NCBI GenBank assembly: GCA_963803435.1
Contig: CAWDML010000015.1
Location: 45,922-109,921 of the forward strand
Reading direction: 5' to 3'
DNA from: an uncultured delta proteobacterium
GTDB lineage: Bacteria; Myxococcota; Kuafuiibacteriia; Kuafuiibacteriales; Kuafuiibacteriaceae
Length of the DNA: 64,000 nucleotides
A program made the position numbers and the translations under genes. The notes under the pieces were generated by a model. It saw only the letters and a program-made list of their open reading frames with translations. It had not been told where the DNA came from and did not search any database. Shown here in pieces: positions 41,952 to 51,560 of the stretch (positions are counted from its first letter, which is position 1; each line of letters opens with the position of its first letter).

Positions 41952-42436
41952 TTCAAGGCCTCGACCGCATCGAGGTCGAAGCCGGGCTCGTCGCCACGAT
42001 CATCGACCCCGCGCACGCGGACGAATTGGATCTGTCCCTCGGGGAGCGCGTCGTCCAGCTCGAACTCGGTGGTGGGGCCCGACGCGGGCGTCGTGAGCTC
42101 GACGAAAACGTCGCCGTCTCGGCTCACCGCGATGGCGGCCTCGGCGCCGTCGGGACCGACCTCGTAGACGCGGAGATCGGGCCCCGGTCCGTTCGGGATC
42201 TCCCGAAAAAACCGAAGGATCACGTACGCTCCCACGCCGAGCGCGACCGTGCGTCCGTCGGGCGGTCCGAGGGCGCGCGCCGGATCGGCGAACGGCTCGT
42301 CACCGCGGAGGAAGGGGGTCGCGAGGTATGCCTCCACGACGGACGCGTGACGGTCGCGGATCTCGACCGGGAAACAGCCCGCCAGGAGGCTCACAGCCCC
42401 CCAAGCGGCGACGACGAAGGCTCGAAGTCGGATCAT
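41948..42436 (-). CDS. Lipoprotein with beta-sandwich domain
   Basis: Lipobox LLAGC; ALGPPDG, GPGPDLRVYE and GFDLDAV motifs. Confidence 0.7.
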   Translation of the reverse strand: MIRLRAFVVAAWGAVSLLAGCFPVEIRDRHASVVEAYLATPFLRGDEPFADPARALGPPDGRTVALGVGAYVILRFFREIPNGPGPDLRVYEVGPDGAEAAIAVSRDGDVFVELTTPASGPTTEFELDDALPEGQIQFVRVRGVDDRGDEPGFDLDAVEALN

Positions 42437-42476
42437 TGACATGATCCCGGGTTGGGAAGACCATCCCCCGCACGCG

Positions 42477-43070
42477 ATGGCACGCCGCACGCGCCGAGAG
42501 CTCGATATTGCCGACCACCTCTGGGATTGTCTCACGCGAATCGCAGAGGACTGTGGCACGGACCGTCATGCCGTCGTCAACCAGGCCATCTACGAGTTCG
42601 CCAGGCGATTCAACTTCTTGACCCCGATGGCGAAGGAGGTCCCGGCCCTGGAGCAGCAGGTGGGGCCCGGACATCGCGCGCAGAATCACGGGGGTGCGGC
42701 CAATGCCAATCCGCCTGAGCGACGGGCTCCCCAGCCGAAGCCGCAGCCTGTCGCGCCGGCGCCGGTGCGTGCGGCGCCGGACAAGCCCCGGAAGACGCTC
42801 TACGTCGTGAACAGCGCCGGCGACATGCACAAGATCGACAAGGACACGTTCATCATCGGACGGAGCCGAACGTGCGACCTCGTCATCCCGAGCTCGAAGG
42901 TTTCCCGGCAGCACAGCGGAATCTGCCGCGAGAACGGCGAGTACTACATCGAGGACCTCGGCTCGGCGAACGGCGTCTGGAAGGACGGCGTGAAGATCCA
43001 GAAGGAAAAGATCAAGGACGGCGACGAGTTCATGATCTCCGAAGAGGTCTTGAAGTTCATCTTCCGCTGA
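42477..43070 (+). CDS. FHA-domain protein with N-terminal ribbon-helix-helix-like region
   Basis: IIGRSRTCD, VSRQH and DLGSANG; the N-terminal RELDIADHLWDCLTRIA...VVNQAI fits an RHH pattern. Confidence 0.85.
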   Translation: MARRTRRELDIADHLWDCLTRIAEDCGTDRHAVVNQAIYEFARRFNFLTPMAKEVPALEQQVGPGHRAQNHGGAANANPPERRAPQPKPQPVAPAPVRAAPDKPRKTLYVVNSAGDMHKIDKDTFIIGRSRTCDLVIPSSKVSRQHSGICRENGEYYIEDLGSANGVWKDGVKIQKEKIKDGDEFMISEEVLKFIFR

Positions 43071-43926
43071 CGGGACGCCGCCGTCGCCGCGCCCAGAAGA
43101 GCGCGCCGAGCACCACACACCAGGAGAGCGACGGGCTCGAGGGCGTCCCGGTGCACGCACACCCGCGGACCACGGCCTTGTCGCACTGGTTCCGGAAGTC
43201 GCTCGGGTTGCCCGGGCCCTTGTCGTAGGTGTCCGGCGGGGCGCAGGTCTGCGTCACCTGAGCGGTGGCGTACACGGTGCAGACCCCGAGCACGTTGTCC
43301 TCGGTGAGGTCGCGCTTCATCGTTTCGCACATGGGGGCCGACGCGTACATCGTCGACTCGGGATCCGGGTCGTGCTCGAAGCCGATGAAGTGGCCCATCT
43401 CGTGAACCAAGGTGTTCCTGAGATCGTAGGGTTGATCGGAGAGCGCCTTGCAGGCCTCCGTGCTCGCCAGGTCCTCGAACGCGAAGCGGGAAGCGTTGAT
43501 CATGATGTCGGCGTCGAAGATCTCGCCGGTCGCGGTGTTGAACGAGGTGATGGTGATGGCCAGCTCGTTCTGCGTGAAGAGCTCCCGGGCCATGTTCGCG
43601 TCCTCGACCGCGATGACGATGTTCTTGTTGTCGTCGCGGCGCGGATCGAAGCCCGGATCCTGGTCCGTGTAGCCGAAGTCGTTGAACGTCAGGTCCGTGC
43701 ACGTGGGCGCGGACCACACCGCGAAGCTCTGCGCGACGAGCTGCCGGCGGGCCTCGCCGTCGAGGAGGCTGCCGCTGGTGGATAAATAGTATGGGATGCA
43801 GCGTTGGTTCCACGCTTGCGAGAGGACCGGCCGCGAGTTGGGCACCGCCGTGCAGAGGTAGGCCTCGGCGCGACGGGCGGACCCGATCGAGACCGCGAGA
43901 AGGAGGGCGATGAAGAGGTTCCGCAC
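43057..43926 (-). CDS. Matrixin-like metalloprotease with MYXO-CTERM-type sorting tail
   Basis: Signal peptide; DADIMIN, HEMGHFIGFEH, STMY; C-terminal GCAC-TM-RRRRR. Confidence 0.88.
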   Translation of the reverse strand: MRNLFIALLLAVSIGSARRAEAYLCTAVPNSRPVLSQAWNQRCIPYYLSTSGSLLDGEARRQLVAQSFAVWSAPTCTDLTFNDFGYTDQDPGFDPRRDDNKNIVIAVEDANMARELFTQNELAITITSFNTATGEIFDADIMINASRFAFEDLASTEACKALSDQPYDLRNTLVHEMGHFIGFEHDPDPESTMYASAPMCETMKRDLTEDNVLGVCTVYATAQVTQTCAPPDTYDKGPGNPSDFRNQCDKAVVRGCACTGTPSSPSLSWCVVLGALFWARRRRRPVSGR

Positions 43927-43956
43927 GCAAATGGAGCTTATCAGCCCCGACGCGCT

Positions 43957-45267
43957 TCAGTCGATCAACCAGGTCACGCCGCCCCCGCCGACCCAGTAGC
44001 CGCCCGCGTAACGCCCGTTGCCCACGACGGCGGCCTGCTCGGGGTTGGTGGGGTTGATCTGCTTGATCTCGCTGGTCGTGATGTCGCGGGGCGGCTGGAA
44101 CACATAGCTCAGCCCGAGATCGAGTCGGATCTGCCAGATCTGGTACGACGCACCCAGCGCGAAGCCGATCTTGTTGGAGTCGTACTGCGCCACCGTGAAC
44201 GTCTCATCCCCGAACGCAGAGGGCTCCCAGAAGATCCCGCCCCGGAGGTGGAACGTGTCGATCACGCGCCCGTCGCCGCCCAGGTGGAGCGAGAGCGTGT
44301 CCTTCATCCGGCGGTCGATGGTGAGCGGCCCCATCTCGTAGTCGCCAATCCCAGGGACGCCGTGCAGCAGGATCTGACCCTGCGGATCGACGACCAGCCG
44401 CTGCTGCACCGACCAGTCCTCCCAGTTCACGGCTGCCTCGATCATGAGGTCGTCGACGATGCGCCAGGAGATCCCGCCGCGGATCATCGTCGGGAAGGGC
44501 ACCTCGAAGTGCACCTTGTCACCCTCCACCTCGATCGGATCGAAGAACACCGAGTCACCCATGCGGACGCGGAAGTCAGCCTGGCCGGAGACCTTGTACG
44601 GTAGCTGGACGCCCACGCCGAACGAGACCGGGCCGGCGTCGAAGGAGGCGCCGAAGTTGCCGGTGAGCGTGAAGTTGTCGGAGAGCTCGATCTCGTTGAG
44701 GATGTCGAGCTCGGGGTCCTCCGGATAGCCAAACAGCCCCGTGTACCCGGAGAGCACCGTCTGCTCCTTGAGGTTCGTCATCACGTTCTGGATGGTGGCG
44801 CCGAAGCTGAAGCGAGCCAGGTGGATCGCGAAGCCGAGGGCCAGGAAGAGCTGCGTGTTCTCGTCGCTGTCGACCAGGCTGTAGCGCTGTGGGCCGGTGG
44901 CGCTGTACTTCTGCTGCGGGGAGTAGGGCGCGAAGGCCCCGCCGCCGATGCTGAGCCAATCGGTGATCTTCCAGATCCCGCCGATCGTGGGGTTGGCCCA
45001 CGGCGCGGCCACGTTCTCGGCGGTGGCGCCGTCGGGAGAGGTGTAGCGCCCGTCGAGCTGAACTGTGCCCACTTCGACCATGATCGCGCTGCCGTCGAGG
45101 CGCGCCGGGTTGTACCAGAGCGCGTTGGCCTGCTCGGCGCTGGCCACGTGCGCGCCCGCCATCGAGAGCGCCCGGACGCCACGGATGGGGAGCGCCACGC
45201 CGCCGGCACGGGCGGCCGCCGGGAGGAGGAGCGCCGACAGGATGATCGGACCGACGGCGGCTCTCAT
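43957..45267 (-). CDS. FadL/OmpP1-family outer-membrane transporter
   Basis: ATG at 45267; RALSMAGA...ALWYNPA signature; amphipathic beta strands. Confidence 0.85.
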   Translation of the reverse strand: MRAAVGPIILSALLLPAAARAGGVALPIRGVRALSMAGAHVASAEQANALWYNPARLDGSAIMVEVGTVQLDGRYTSPDGATAENVAAPWANPTIGGIWKITDWLSIGGGAFAPYSPQQKYSATGPQRYSLVDSDENTQLFLALGFAIHLARFSFGATIQNVMTNLKEQTVLSGYTGLFGYPEDPELDILNEIELSDNFTLTGNFGASFDAGPVSFGVGVQLPYKVSGQADFRVRMGDSVFFDPIEVEGDKVHFEVPFPTMIRGGISWRIVDDLMIEAAVNWEDWSVQQRLVVDPQGQILLHGVPGIGDYEMGPLTIDRRMKDTLSLHLGGDGRVIDTFHLRGGIFWEPSAFGDETFTVAQYDSNKIGFALGASYQIWQIRLDLGLSYVFQPPRDITTSEIKQINPTNPEQAAVVGNGRYAGGYWVGGGGVTWLID

Positions 45268-48266
45268 TCGTGCGTCTCCTCTCGGTTCTCCAGCTTGCGG
45301 TTCTTCACCAGCGAGTAGAACTTCTCCATCCCGTGTTGATCGTCGACCAGGTAGCGCGATACGGCGCTCGAGATGGCGCGGATGTCCTCGGCGTCGGGTG
45401 AGCCGTCGTCGAGCGGATTGATCCGGTTGCCCTGGCGGATCGCACCGGTGAGGCCGTAGACGTAGAGCCCGCCGGCCGGCCGGGGATCGATCGCACGGCG
45501 CACCACCTCCAGCATGAACTCCTCGGGATCGACATCCAGCGAGCGCTCGGTGAGCGTCGCCGTCTGATAGAGCAGGTCCTGGGCGGGATCGAGCTCGCGC
45601 CCGAGGAAGTGGATCATCCCCACGGCCACGCGCCCGTCCTTGGCCGCCTCGAGCGCGTCGCCCAGCGTCACCAGCAGATCGCCGAAGCCGCGCTCCTCGT
45701 CGAACAGCTCGTCGCGCAGATCGCCGAAGGCCTCGTCGAAGCGTGGATCCCCGTCGATCGCGTAGAGGAGATCGAAGATCGCAGGCAGCTCCTCGGAGGT
45801 GATGGTGTCGTCGATCCCCGAGAAGGCGTCGTCCTGGATCCAACGCGACAGCGCGGCGTCGTTCGTGTGGTGCAGGCGGGCGCGGGCCTCGATGAACGAG
45901 AGCAAGTGCACCAGGAGCGGGACGGCGCGGCGGTTCTGGAGCTGTCCACTCTCGGGCCCGGTGCGCGCCACCTTCAGGAGGACGTCGTCGAGCGCGTCGA
46001 CCACCTCGTCCCACTCGGCCTTGGTGGTGGCGCTGCGCGTGACCACGCGCTTGAGGTCGTGCTTCGCGGAGCGGATCAGGTCGAACGGCGACAGCGGCGT
46101 GATGCGCTCACCGTCGATGATCACCTGCCGGGTCCCGGCGCGGTTCTGGAGGTTGCCGTCCTTGGTCAGGAGCTTGCGGGCCACCGACAGCACCACCTGG
46201 CTGGTCTGGCGTCCGGAGGAGAGCCGGAGCGGCTCGGTCTCCACCAGGAGCTTCCGTACGCCGTCGAGCATCCGCGTGTTCTCGAACGTGTCGATCAGGA
46301 GCGGCTCGTAGCGCGCAATGCCGGAGAGCTTGGAGTAGCGCGGACTGTCCGCGGACTGGCTCTGGTAGTCGCCGCCCTCCTTGCTGGCCCAGTGCACGTG
46401 GAGGATCTCGAACAGCTCGATCAAGAGGTCGAGCTGGCCGTGGTCGTAGAAGACCTGGATCAACGGCCGCAGCACGTCTGCGAAGCCGCTGCTGGTGAGC
46501 GCGAAGAGCGTGTCGCCGTCGTTGTCCTTGACGTCGATCCCCTCCCGGCCGACCGGGTTGCCGAACGTCTGATCCTGGTTGAGGAAGACGGCCAGCTCCT
46601 CGGGCGTGGGGCGCGTGGAGAGACCGGTGAGCGTCGAGACCAGGCTGGGGACCTCGGCCTGGCCGATGATGGAGAGGATGTAGAACTCGACGAGGTCGTC
46701 GATCTCGAAGATGAACCCGAGCGGGATCCCGATCAGGTGCGGCTCGTAGCGCGCGCCGCTGGTGTCGTACATCAGGTGGAGCATCCGTTGCTGGATGCTC
46801 TGGTTGCCGGGGACGTCGGGCCGGCTGCGATCGACGCTCTCGGTGAACACGGTGCCCGCGGCGACGTCGGCCTCGGTGATGAGGTCCTTCTTGTGGCTGA
46901 GCAGGGTCGAGGTGGTCGCTGGCAGGTTGTCGAAGATCGGATCCTTCAGCGTCTCGAGGATGTCCTCGGCCAGCCCGGGCTCGCGCAGCACCTTGCGGAC
47001 CCAGCCCATGAAGTCGTTGAAGAAGCTGCTCCCGGGCTCGAGGCCGATCGGGTACCGGTCGGCGACGTCGAACTGGGCGTCCATCTCCAGCAGGATCCAG
47101 CCGAACGTGGCCTCGTGCTGCTCGATCAGCGTGCGGAGGAGCTCGAGCAGGTCCGGGAGCTCGGCGAGGTCGATCGTCTGCTGGATCGAGTAGATCAGAT
47201 CGAGCAGTGGATTGTTCGGGCTGTAGGTGCCGTCCGCAGTGCGCTGGCCCAGGATGGTGTCGATGCTGCGGACCGCCTTCATCGGGATGCCGCGATCGAT
47301 CAGCGTACGCGTGTCGCGGAGCAGTCCGGCCATCAGCGTGCGGTCCAGATCGACGTACTGGTAGATCGGCTGACCCGTGCCGGCCTCGAGCGGTCGGCCC
47401 ATCTGATCGCGGTTGCCCCCCGCGCCGAACGGCGGGAGCACGATCGGCTGGCCGGCGGTGTCGACGAACTGGCCGGCGCCGTCGATGTCGGGGAGGCCGT
47501 CGAGATCCTCGTCGACGAAGGGCGTGGGCATGTTGCCGTTGGGCGCCTCGACGCGGGCCATGCCGCGGACGTCCCGCGCGACGATCACCGGAGCGTCGGT
47601 GCTGCCACCGTCGAGGCGCGGATCCTCGGAGAGCATGAGGTCGGTCATCAGCACGATCGTGCGCTGGTCGTCGTCGGAGATCTCGAAGTCTCGCAGATGC
47701 TCGGCCGCGATCCGCTGAACGCGGGCGAAGGCGTCGCTCTCGGCGGCATCGGGAGCGCCCTGGGCGTCGAGGCCGTCGTGGGAGAGGGCGAGCTCGAGCG
47801 TCGCCTTCACCAGATCGGTATACGCAGGATACCTTGCAATCCGGCGGACGAGCGCCTCCTCGTGCGGGAGGTCGACGTAGCCCGTGCGGTTCATGATCGC
47901 GGCCGCCGACTCCAGCGCGTCCGGGTCGAGGGTCAGCCGCTCGAAGACGCCGGAGAGGCGCTCGGTGACGCCGGGGAGCGTGCGGTCGTCGTAGAGCGGG
48001 AGCAGCGTGACCAGGAAGTTTTGCGTATGGCTCTGCTCCACCGGCGGAAACACGTGATCGACGGACGCCACGAAGCCGTCGTGGGCGAGCTGGAAGCCTT
48101 CGGCGCGGCGTGGGTTCTCGCGCTCGAAGTCCCGCTGGAACAGCCGGAAGATCTCCTCGCCCAGCGTGCCGCGCTCGGGGGGATGACGGGTCGTGTCGAG
48201 CGGCGGCTCCTTGCACGCCGCGGTGACGGCGAGGAGCGCGACGATCAGGAGGCGCAGCTGGGGCAC
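45264..48266 (-). CDS. Large lipoprotein (~1000 aa) of unknown function
   Basis: GTG at 48266, lipobox VTAAC; DEDLDGLPD Ca-binding-like loop; ATGA-coupled to the FadL-like gene. Confidence 0.8.
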   Translation of the reverse strand: MPQLRLLIVALLAVTAACKEPPLDTTRHPPERGTLGEEIFRLFQRDFERENPRRAEGFQLAHDGFVASVDHVFPPVEQSHTQNFLVTLLPLYDDRTLPGVTERLSGVFERLTLDPDALESAAAIMNRTGYVDLPHEEALVRRIARYPAYTDLVKATLELALSHDGLDAQGAPDAAESDAFARVQRIAAEHLRDFEISDDDQRTIVLMTDLMLSEDPRLDGGSTDAPVIVARDVRGMARVEAPNGNMPTPFVDEDLDGLPDIDGAGQFVDTAGQPIVLPPFGAGGNRDQMGRPLEAGTGQPIYQYVDLDRTLMAGLLRDTRTLIDRGIPMKAVRSIDTILGQRTADGTYSPNNPLLDLIYSIQQTIDLAELPDLLELLRTLIEQHEATFGWILLEMDAQFDVADRYPIGLEPGSSFFNDFMGWVRKVLREPGLAEDILETLKDPIFDNLPATTSTLLSHKKDLITEADVAAGTVFTESVDRSRPDVPGNQSIQQRMLHLMYDTSGARYEPHLIGIPLGFIFEIDDLVEFYILSIIGQAEVPSLVSTLTGLSTRPTPEELAVFLNQDQTFGNPVGREGIDVKDNDGDTLFALTSSGFADVLRPLIQVFYDHGQLDLLIELFEILHVHWASKEGGDYQSQSADSPRYSKLSGIARYEPLLIDTFENTRMLDGVRKLLVETEPLRLSSGRQTSQVVLSVARKLLTKDGNLQNRAGTRQVIIDGERITPLSPFDLIRSAKHDLKRVVTRSATTKAEWDEVVDALDDVLLKVARTGPESGQLQNRRAVPLLVHLLSFIEARARLHHTNDAALSRWIQDDAFSGIDDTITSEELPAIFDLLYAIDGDPRFDEAFGDLRDELFDEERGFGDLLVTLGDALEAAKDGRVAVGMIHFLGRELDPAQDLLYQTATLTERSLDVDPEEFMLEVVRRAIDPRPAGGLYVYGLTGAIRQGNRINPLDDGSPDAEDIRAISSAVSRYLVDDQHGMEKFYSLVKNRKLENREETHE

Positions 48267-48333
48267 AGCCCATTGGAGGGCATCGCGCGCATTCGGGCAT
48301 CGGACTCGTGTCGCATGAGGTAGGATTGGCGAC

Positions 48334-48816
48334 ATGAGCGACGACGCCCTCCCTCACCTGGACGCGCGCGGGCAGGCCCGAATGGTCGACGTGGGTGAAA
48401 AGGAGGTCTCGCACCGGATCGCGGTGGCGGAGGCCCTCGTGCGGATGACCCCGGAGACGGTCCGCCGCTTGACCGACGGCGGGGTCGAGAAGGGCGACGC
48501 CCTGGCGGTGGCGCGGATCGCCGGGATCGCCGGGAGCAAGCGGGTCGCCGACCTGATCCCCCTGGCGCACCCGATCGCCCTCACGCACGTGAAGATCGAG
48601 CTCGAACCCCGGGAAGCAGAGGGCGAGGTCCGGATCGAGGCGCGGGTCGAGACCCACGGGCGCACCGGGGTCGAGATGGAGGCCCTCACCGCCGCCAGCG
48701 TGGCCGGGCTGGCGCTGTACGACATGATCAAGAAGGCGGACCGGGGCGCCCGGATCGAGCGCGTCCAGCTGCTCGAGAAGTCGGGCGGTCGGAGTGGACA
48801 CTGGCGCCGGGACTGA
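48334..48816 (+). CDS. moaC: Cyclic pyranopterin monophosphate synthase
   Basis: ARMVDVGEK, LIPLAHP, TGVEMEAL, YDMIK and EKSGG motifs. Confidence 0.95.
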   Translation: MSDDALPHLDARGQARMVDVGEKEVSHRIAVAEALVRMTPETVRRLTDGGVEKGDALAVARIAGIAGSKRVADLIPLAHPIALTHVKIELEPREAEGEVRIEARVETHGRTGVEMEALTAASVAGLALYDMIKKADRGARIERVQLLEKSGGRSGHWRRD

Positions 48817-48857
48817 GGGATCAGACTTTATTTCTGGAAGGTGGACCGTTTTCGGCC

Positions 48858-49430
48858 GTGAGGCCCACCATGTTCAACGGCGGGATGGGTCCTTCGGTCA
48901 CGCACCTTCGGCTCGTCGGCGATCGGACCCCCGAGCCGCCGCTCGAGCCGATCCGAAGCTTCGACGACTGCTTCCGCCGCTACCATCGGCTCGTCGCGAC
49001 CATCGGTCTGCGCATGCTGGGCACGCGCGGCGAGGTCGAGGACTTCGTGCAGGACGTCTTCCTCGAGGTTCACAAGTCGTACGGGTCGCTGCGGGATCCG
49101 TCCGCCGCCAAGGGGTGGATCCGCGCGATCGCGGTGCGCGTCGCGATCAAGCGGCTCCGTCGGCGCCGGCTGAAGGCGGCCTTCGGTCTGGACGAGCCCT
49201 CGGATCTGGGACCGTTTCCGGTGGAGGCGAACCAGGAGCAGGCCGCGATGGTGTCGGAGGTGTATCGCGCGCTCGAGTCCGTGCCGGCGAAGGCGCGCGT
49301 CGTCTGGGTGCTGCGCCACGTCGAGGGGGAGAAGCTCGAAGCCATCGCGGAGGTGGCGGGCATGGGACTGACCACAGTCAAGCGTCACCTTGCCGTCGCG
49401 ACCGCACGGCTCCAGGAGGTGTTTCGATGA
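48858..49430 (+). CDS. ECF sigma factor
   Basis: EDFVQDVFL and WIRAIAVR (region 2); EAIAEVAGMGLTTVKRHL (region 4). Confidence 0.9.
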   Translation: MRPTMFNGGMGPSVTHLRLVGDRTPEPPLEPIRSFDDCFRRYHRLVATIGLRMLGTRGEVEDFVQDVFLEVHKSYGSLRDPSAAKGWIRAIAVRVAIKRLRRRRLKAAFGLDEPSDLGPFPVEANQEQAAMVSEVYRALESVPAKARVVWVLRHVEGEKLEAIAEVAGMGLTTVKRHLAVATARLQEVFR

Positions 49431-50560
49431 GCGACGTCGGACACCAGGTGGCCGAGCTGCTCGAGGTCCGCACCACGCCCGGCGACACCGAGCGTGCGCT
49501 GGTGCGGTTCAAGGATTGCCGCCGCCGCCGCCGCCGCCGCCGGATGGTGGTGGCCGCCGCCGCACTGTCGGTGATGGCGGCGGTGATCGCCGCGCGGATG
49601 CTCCTCCCGGTCGCGCACCCGGCCCCCGACGTGATCGCGGCGCACGTCGAGCCGGCCGCAGAGCCCGCGATCGCTCCGGTCGAGGAGCCGGAGACGATGC
49701 GCGTCGTCTACTTCCCGGACGGCTCGCACGCGTACCTGATCAAGCCGCGCACGCAGCTCACGATGGAGGCGCTCTCCGACGACCTCCTGGAGCTGACGAT
49801 GGCGTCCGGCGAGGCCCGCTTCGACGTTCAGCCGAACCCGAGGCGGCTGTTCCGCGTGCGGACCGAGGACCTCCGGATCGAGGTCCTCGGCACGTCCTTT
49901 ACTGTGACCGCGGAGGAGGGCTCGACGCGCGTGCTGGTGCACCGCGGCCGGGTGGCGGTCTACCAGGGGCAGAACCGTCACGAGCTGGCCAGCGGCATGT
50001 CGTTCAGCTTCGACGGTGAGCGCGCGATCGTCGAGGGCCAGCCCGAGGAGACGCCGGTCAAGCAGAAGCGCTCGCGGCGGCACCGCGTCCGGCGTTCGGT
50101 CGACAAGAGCTGGAAGAAGCTGGCCAAGGAGGGGGACTTGCCGGCCGCGTATCAGGCGATGAGCAGCGGCCGGACGAAGATCGTCGAGGACGCGACCGAC
50201 GACCTGATGCTCGCCGCCGACGTGGCGAGATTGACGGGCCATCCCAGGGAGGCTGCTCAGTATCTCGATCAGGTGGTGGCGCGTCATCAGAGTCATCCGC
50301 GGGCGGTGCTGGCGGCGTTCACGCTGGGCCGGATCCTGCAACACGAGCTCGACGATCCGGGACGGGCCGCCGCTGCCTTCCACAGCGCCTACGCGCTCGC
50401 GCCTTCGGGCTCCCTCGGCGAGGACGCGCTGGCGCACGAGATCGAGTGCTGGGCGCAGGCCGGCGTCGCCGATCGGGCGAAGGCGCGCGCCGAGGAGTAT
50501 CTCCAGCGCTATCCCGACGGACGCAAGCAGAAGCAAGTCAGGAGGATGGGAGGGCTCTGA
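49427..50560 (+). CDS. FecR-domain anti-sigma factor with C-terminal TPR
   Basis: ATGA overlap with the sigma gene; TM helix; GEARFDV, IEVLGTSF, VHRGRV; TPR ending YLQRYPDG. Confidence 0.88.
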   Translation: MSDVGHQVAELLEVRTTPGDTERALVRFKDCRRRRRRRRMVVAAAALSVMAAVIAARMLLPVAHPAPDVIAAHVEPAAEPAIAPVEEPETMRVVYFPDGSHAYLIKPRTQLTMEALSDDLLELTMASGEARFDVQPNPRRLFRVRTEDLRIEVLGTSFTVTAEEGSTRVLVHRGRVAVYQGQNRHELASGMSFSFDGERAIVEGQPEETPVKQKRSRRHRVRRSVDKSWKKLAKEGDLPAAYQAMSSGRTKIVEDATDDLMLAADVARLTGHPREAAQYLDQVVARHQSHPRAVLAAFTLGRILQHELDDPGRAAAAFHSAYALAPSGSLGEDALAHEIECWAQAGVADRAKARAEEYLQRYPDGRKQKQVRRMGGL

Positions 50561-50563
50561 ACC

Positions 50564-51560
50564 ATGTGCCCTCTCGCCAGCCTCGCGCTCTTGGCGGGCG
50601 CGTTGTCGACCACGTCGTCGAGTGCCGACACCGTTCATCTTCACCTGGGCGCCTGCGTACCCGAGCGCGATCTGGTCCATGACCTGGTCGGCATCGAGAT
50701 CGGGTTCGATCGTCTGGTCGAGACCGACGCGCTGTTCGAGGTCTACGTCACCTGCGAGGGTTCGATTCTGAACCTCCACCTGAGCCCGAACCCGTTCGGG
50801 ATCGAGGCGCGCCGCGTCTCCGCGGACGACCTGCACGAGGGCGGCTCGCGGCTGGTCGCGCTCAACGTGGTGGAGCTGATCCAGGACGGCGCCAAGGCTC
50901 CTCGCGAGCGCGCCCCGAGCGAGCGAAGCGCGGAGACGGTTGCGAGGGCTTCGCCGGAGCAGGCCCCGCAGACTCGCACGCGAAGCGCGGAGCGTGCGGA
51001 GCGCGCGGAGACGGCCGAGCGGGCCCCGCAGACTCGTCTGGGTGCCTCGCCCACGCTGCGGCTCTTGCCGAAGCCGGGCCGTCTCGCGATCGGCGCGCGC
51101 GCCAGCTTCGGGATCGATTCTGGCGCTCGTCGACTCGATCGCCGCCACGCTCCTGGTGGACGGCGGCTTCGAGCAGTCCGACGCCGAGGTGACGCTGGGG
51201 ACCATCCGGATGCGCGTGTTCTCGGCCGCAGTGTCGGCGGGAACGCGCATCGACCTCGCGCGCGGGTTCGCGCTCTTCGCGCTGCTCGGGCTTCGCGGCG
51301 GATGGGGCTGGATCGAGGGCCGGAGCACCGACACGACGCGCGTGCAGATGGGCTCGGGTGACGGACCCTGGCTCGGCCCGCTGGTCGGGCTGCGGATCCG
51401 GTATGGCGAGCGCGTCGGGGTCACGCTGGGCGTCGAGGGGGGCTGGACCGTGTATCGCCTCTACGGTGACGCGGGCGAGGCCGAGCCCATCGGCCTCGAG
51501 AGCGGCTGGGTGGGCGGCGATTCTGACGATCGACTGGAGCTTCGGGGGCGGATGAGGCGA
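50564..51560 (+). CDS. Secreted/outer-membrane hypothetical protein (frameshifted)
   Basis: ORF 50564 N-terminus joined to the beta-strand-rich part of ORF 50940 near 51120; end approximate. Confidence 0.5.

Noticed and set aside
49518-49541. (GCC)8 microsatellite as a phase-variation switch
   Set aside because: A triplet unit keeps the frame, and it simply encodes the poly-Arg stretch before the FecR TM helix.
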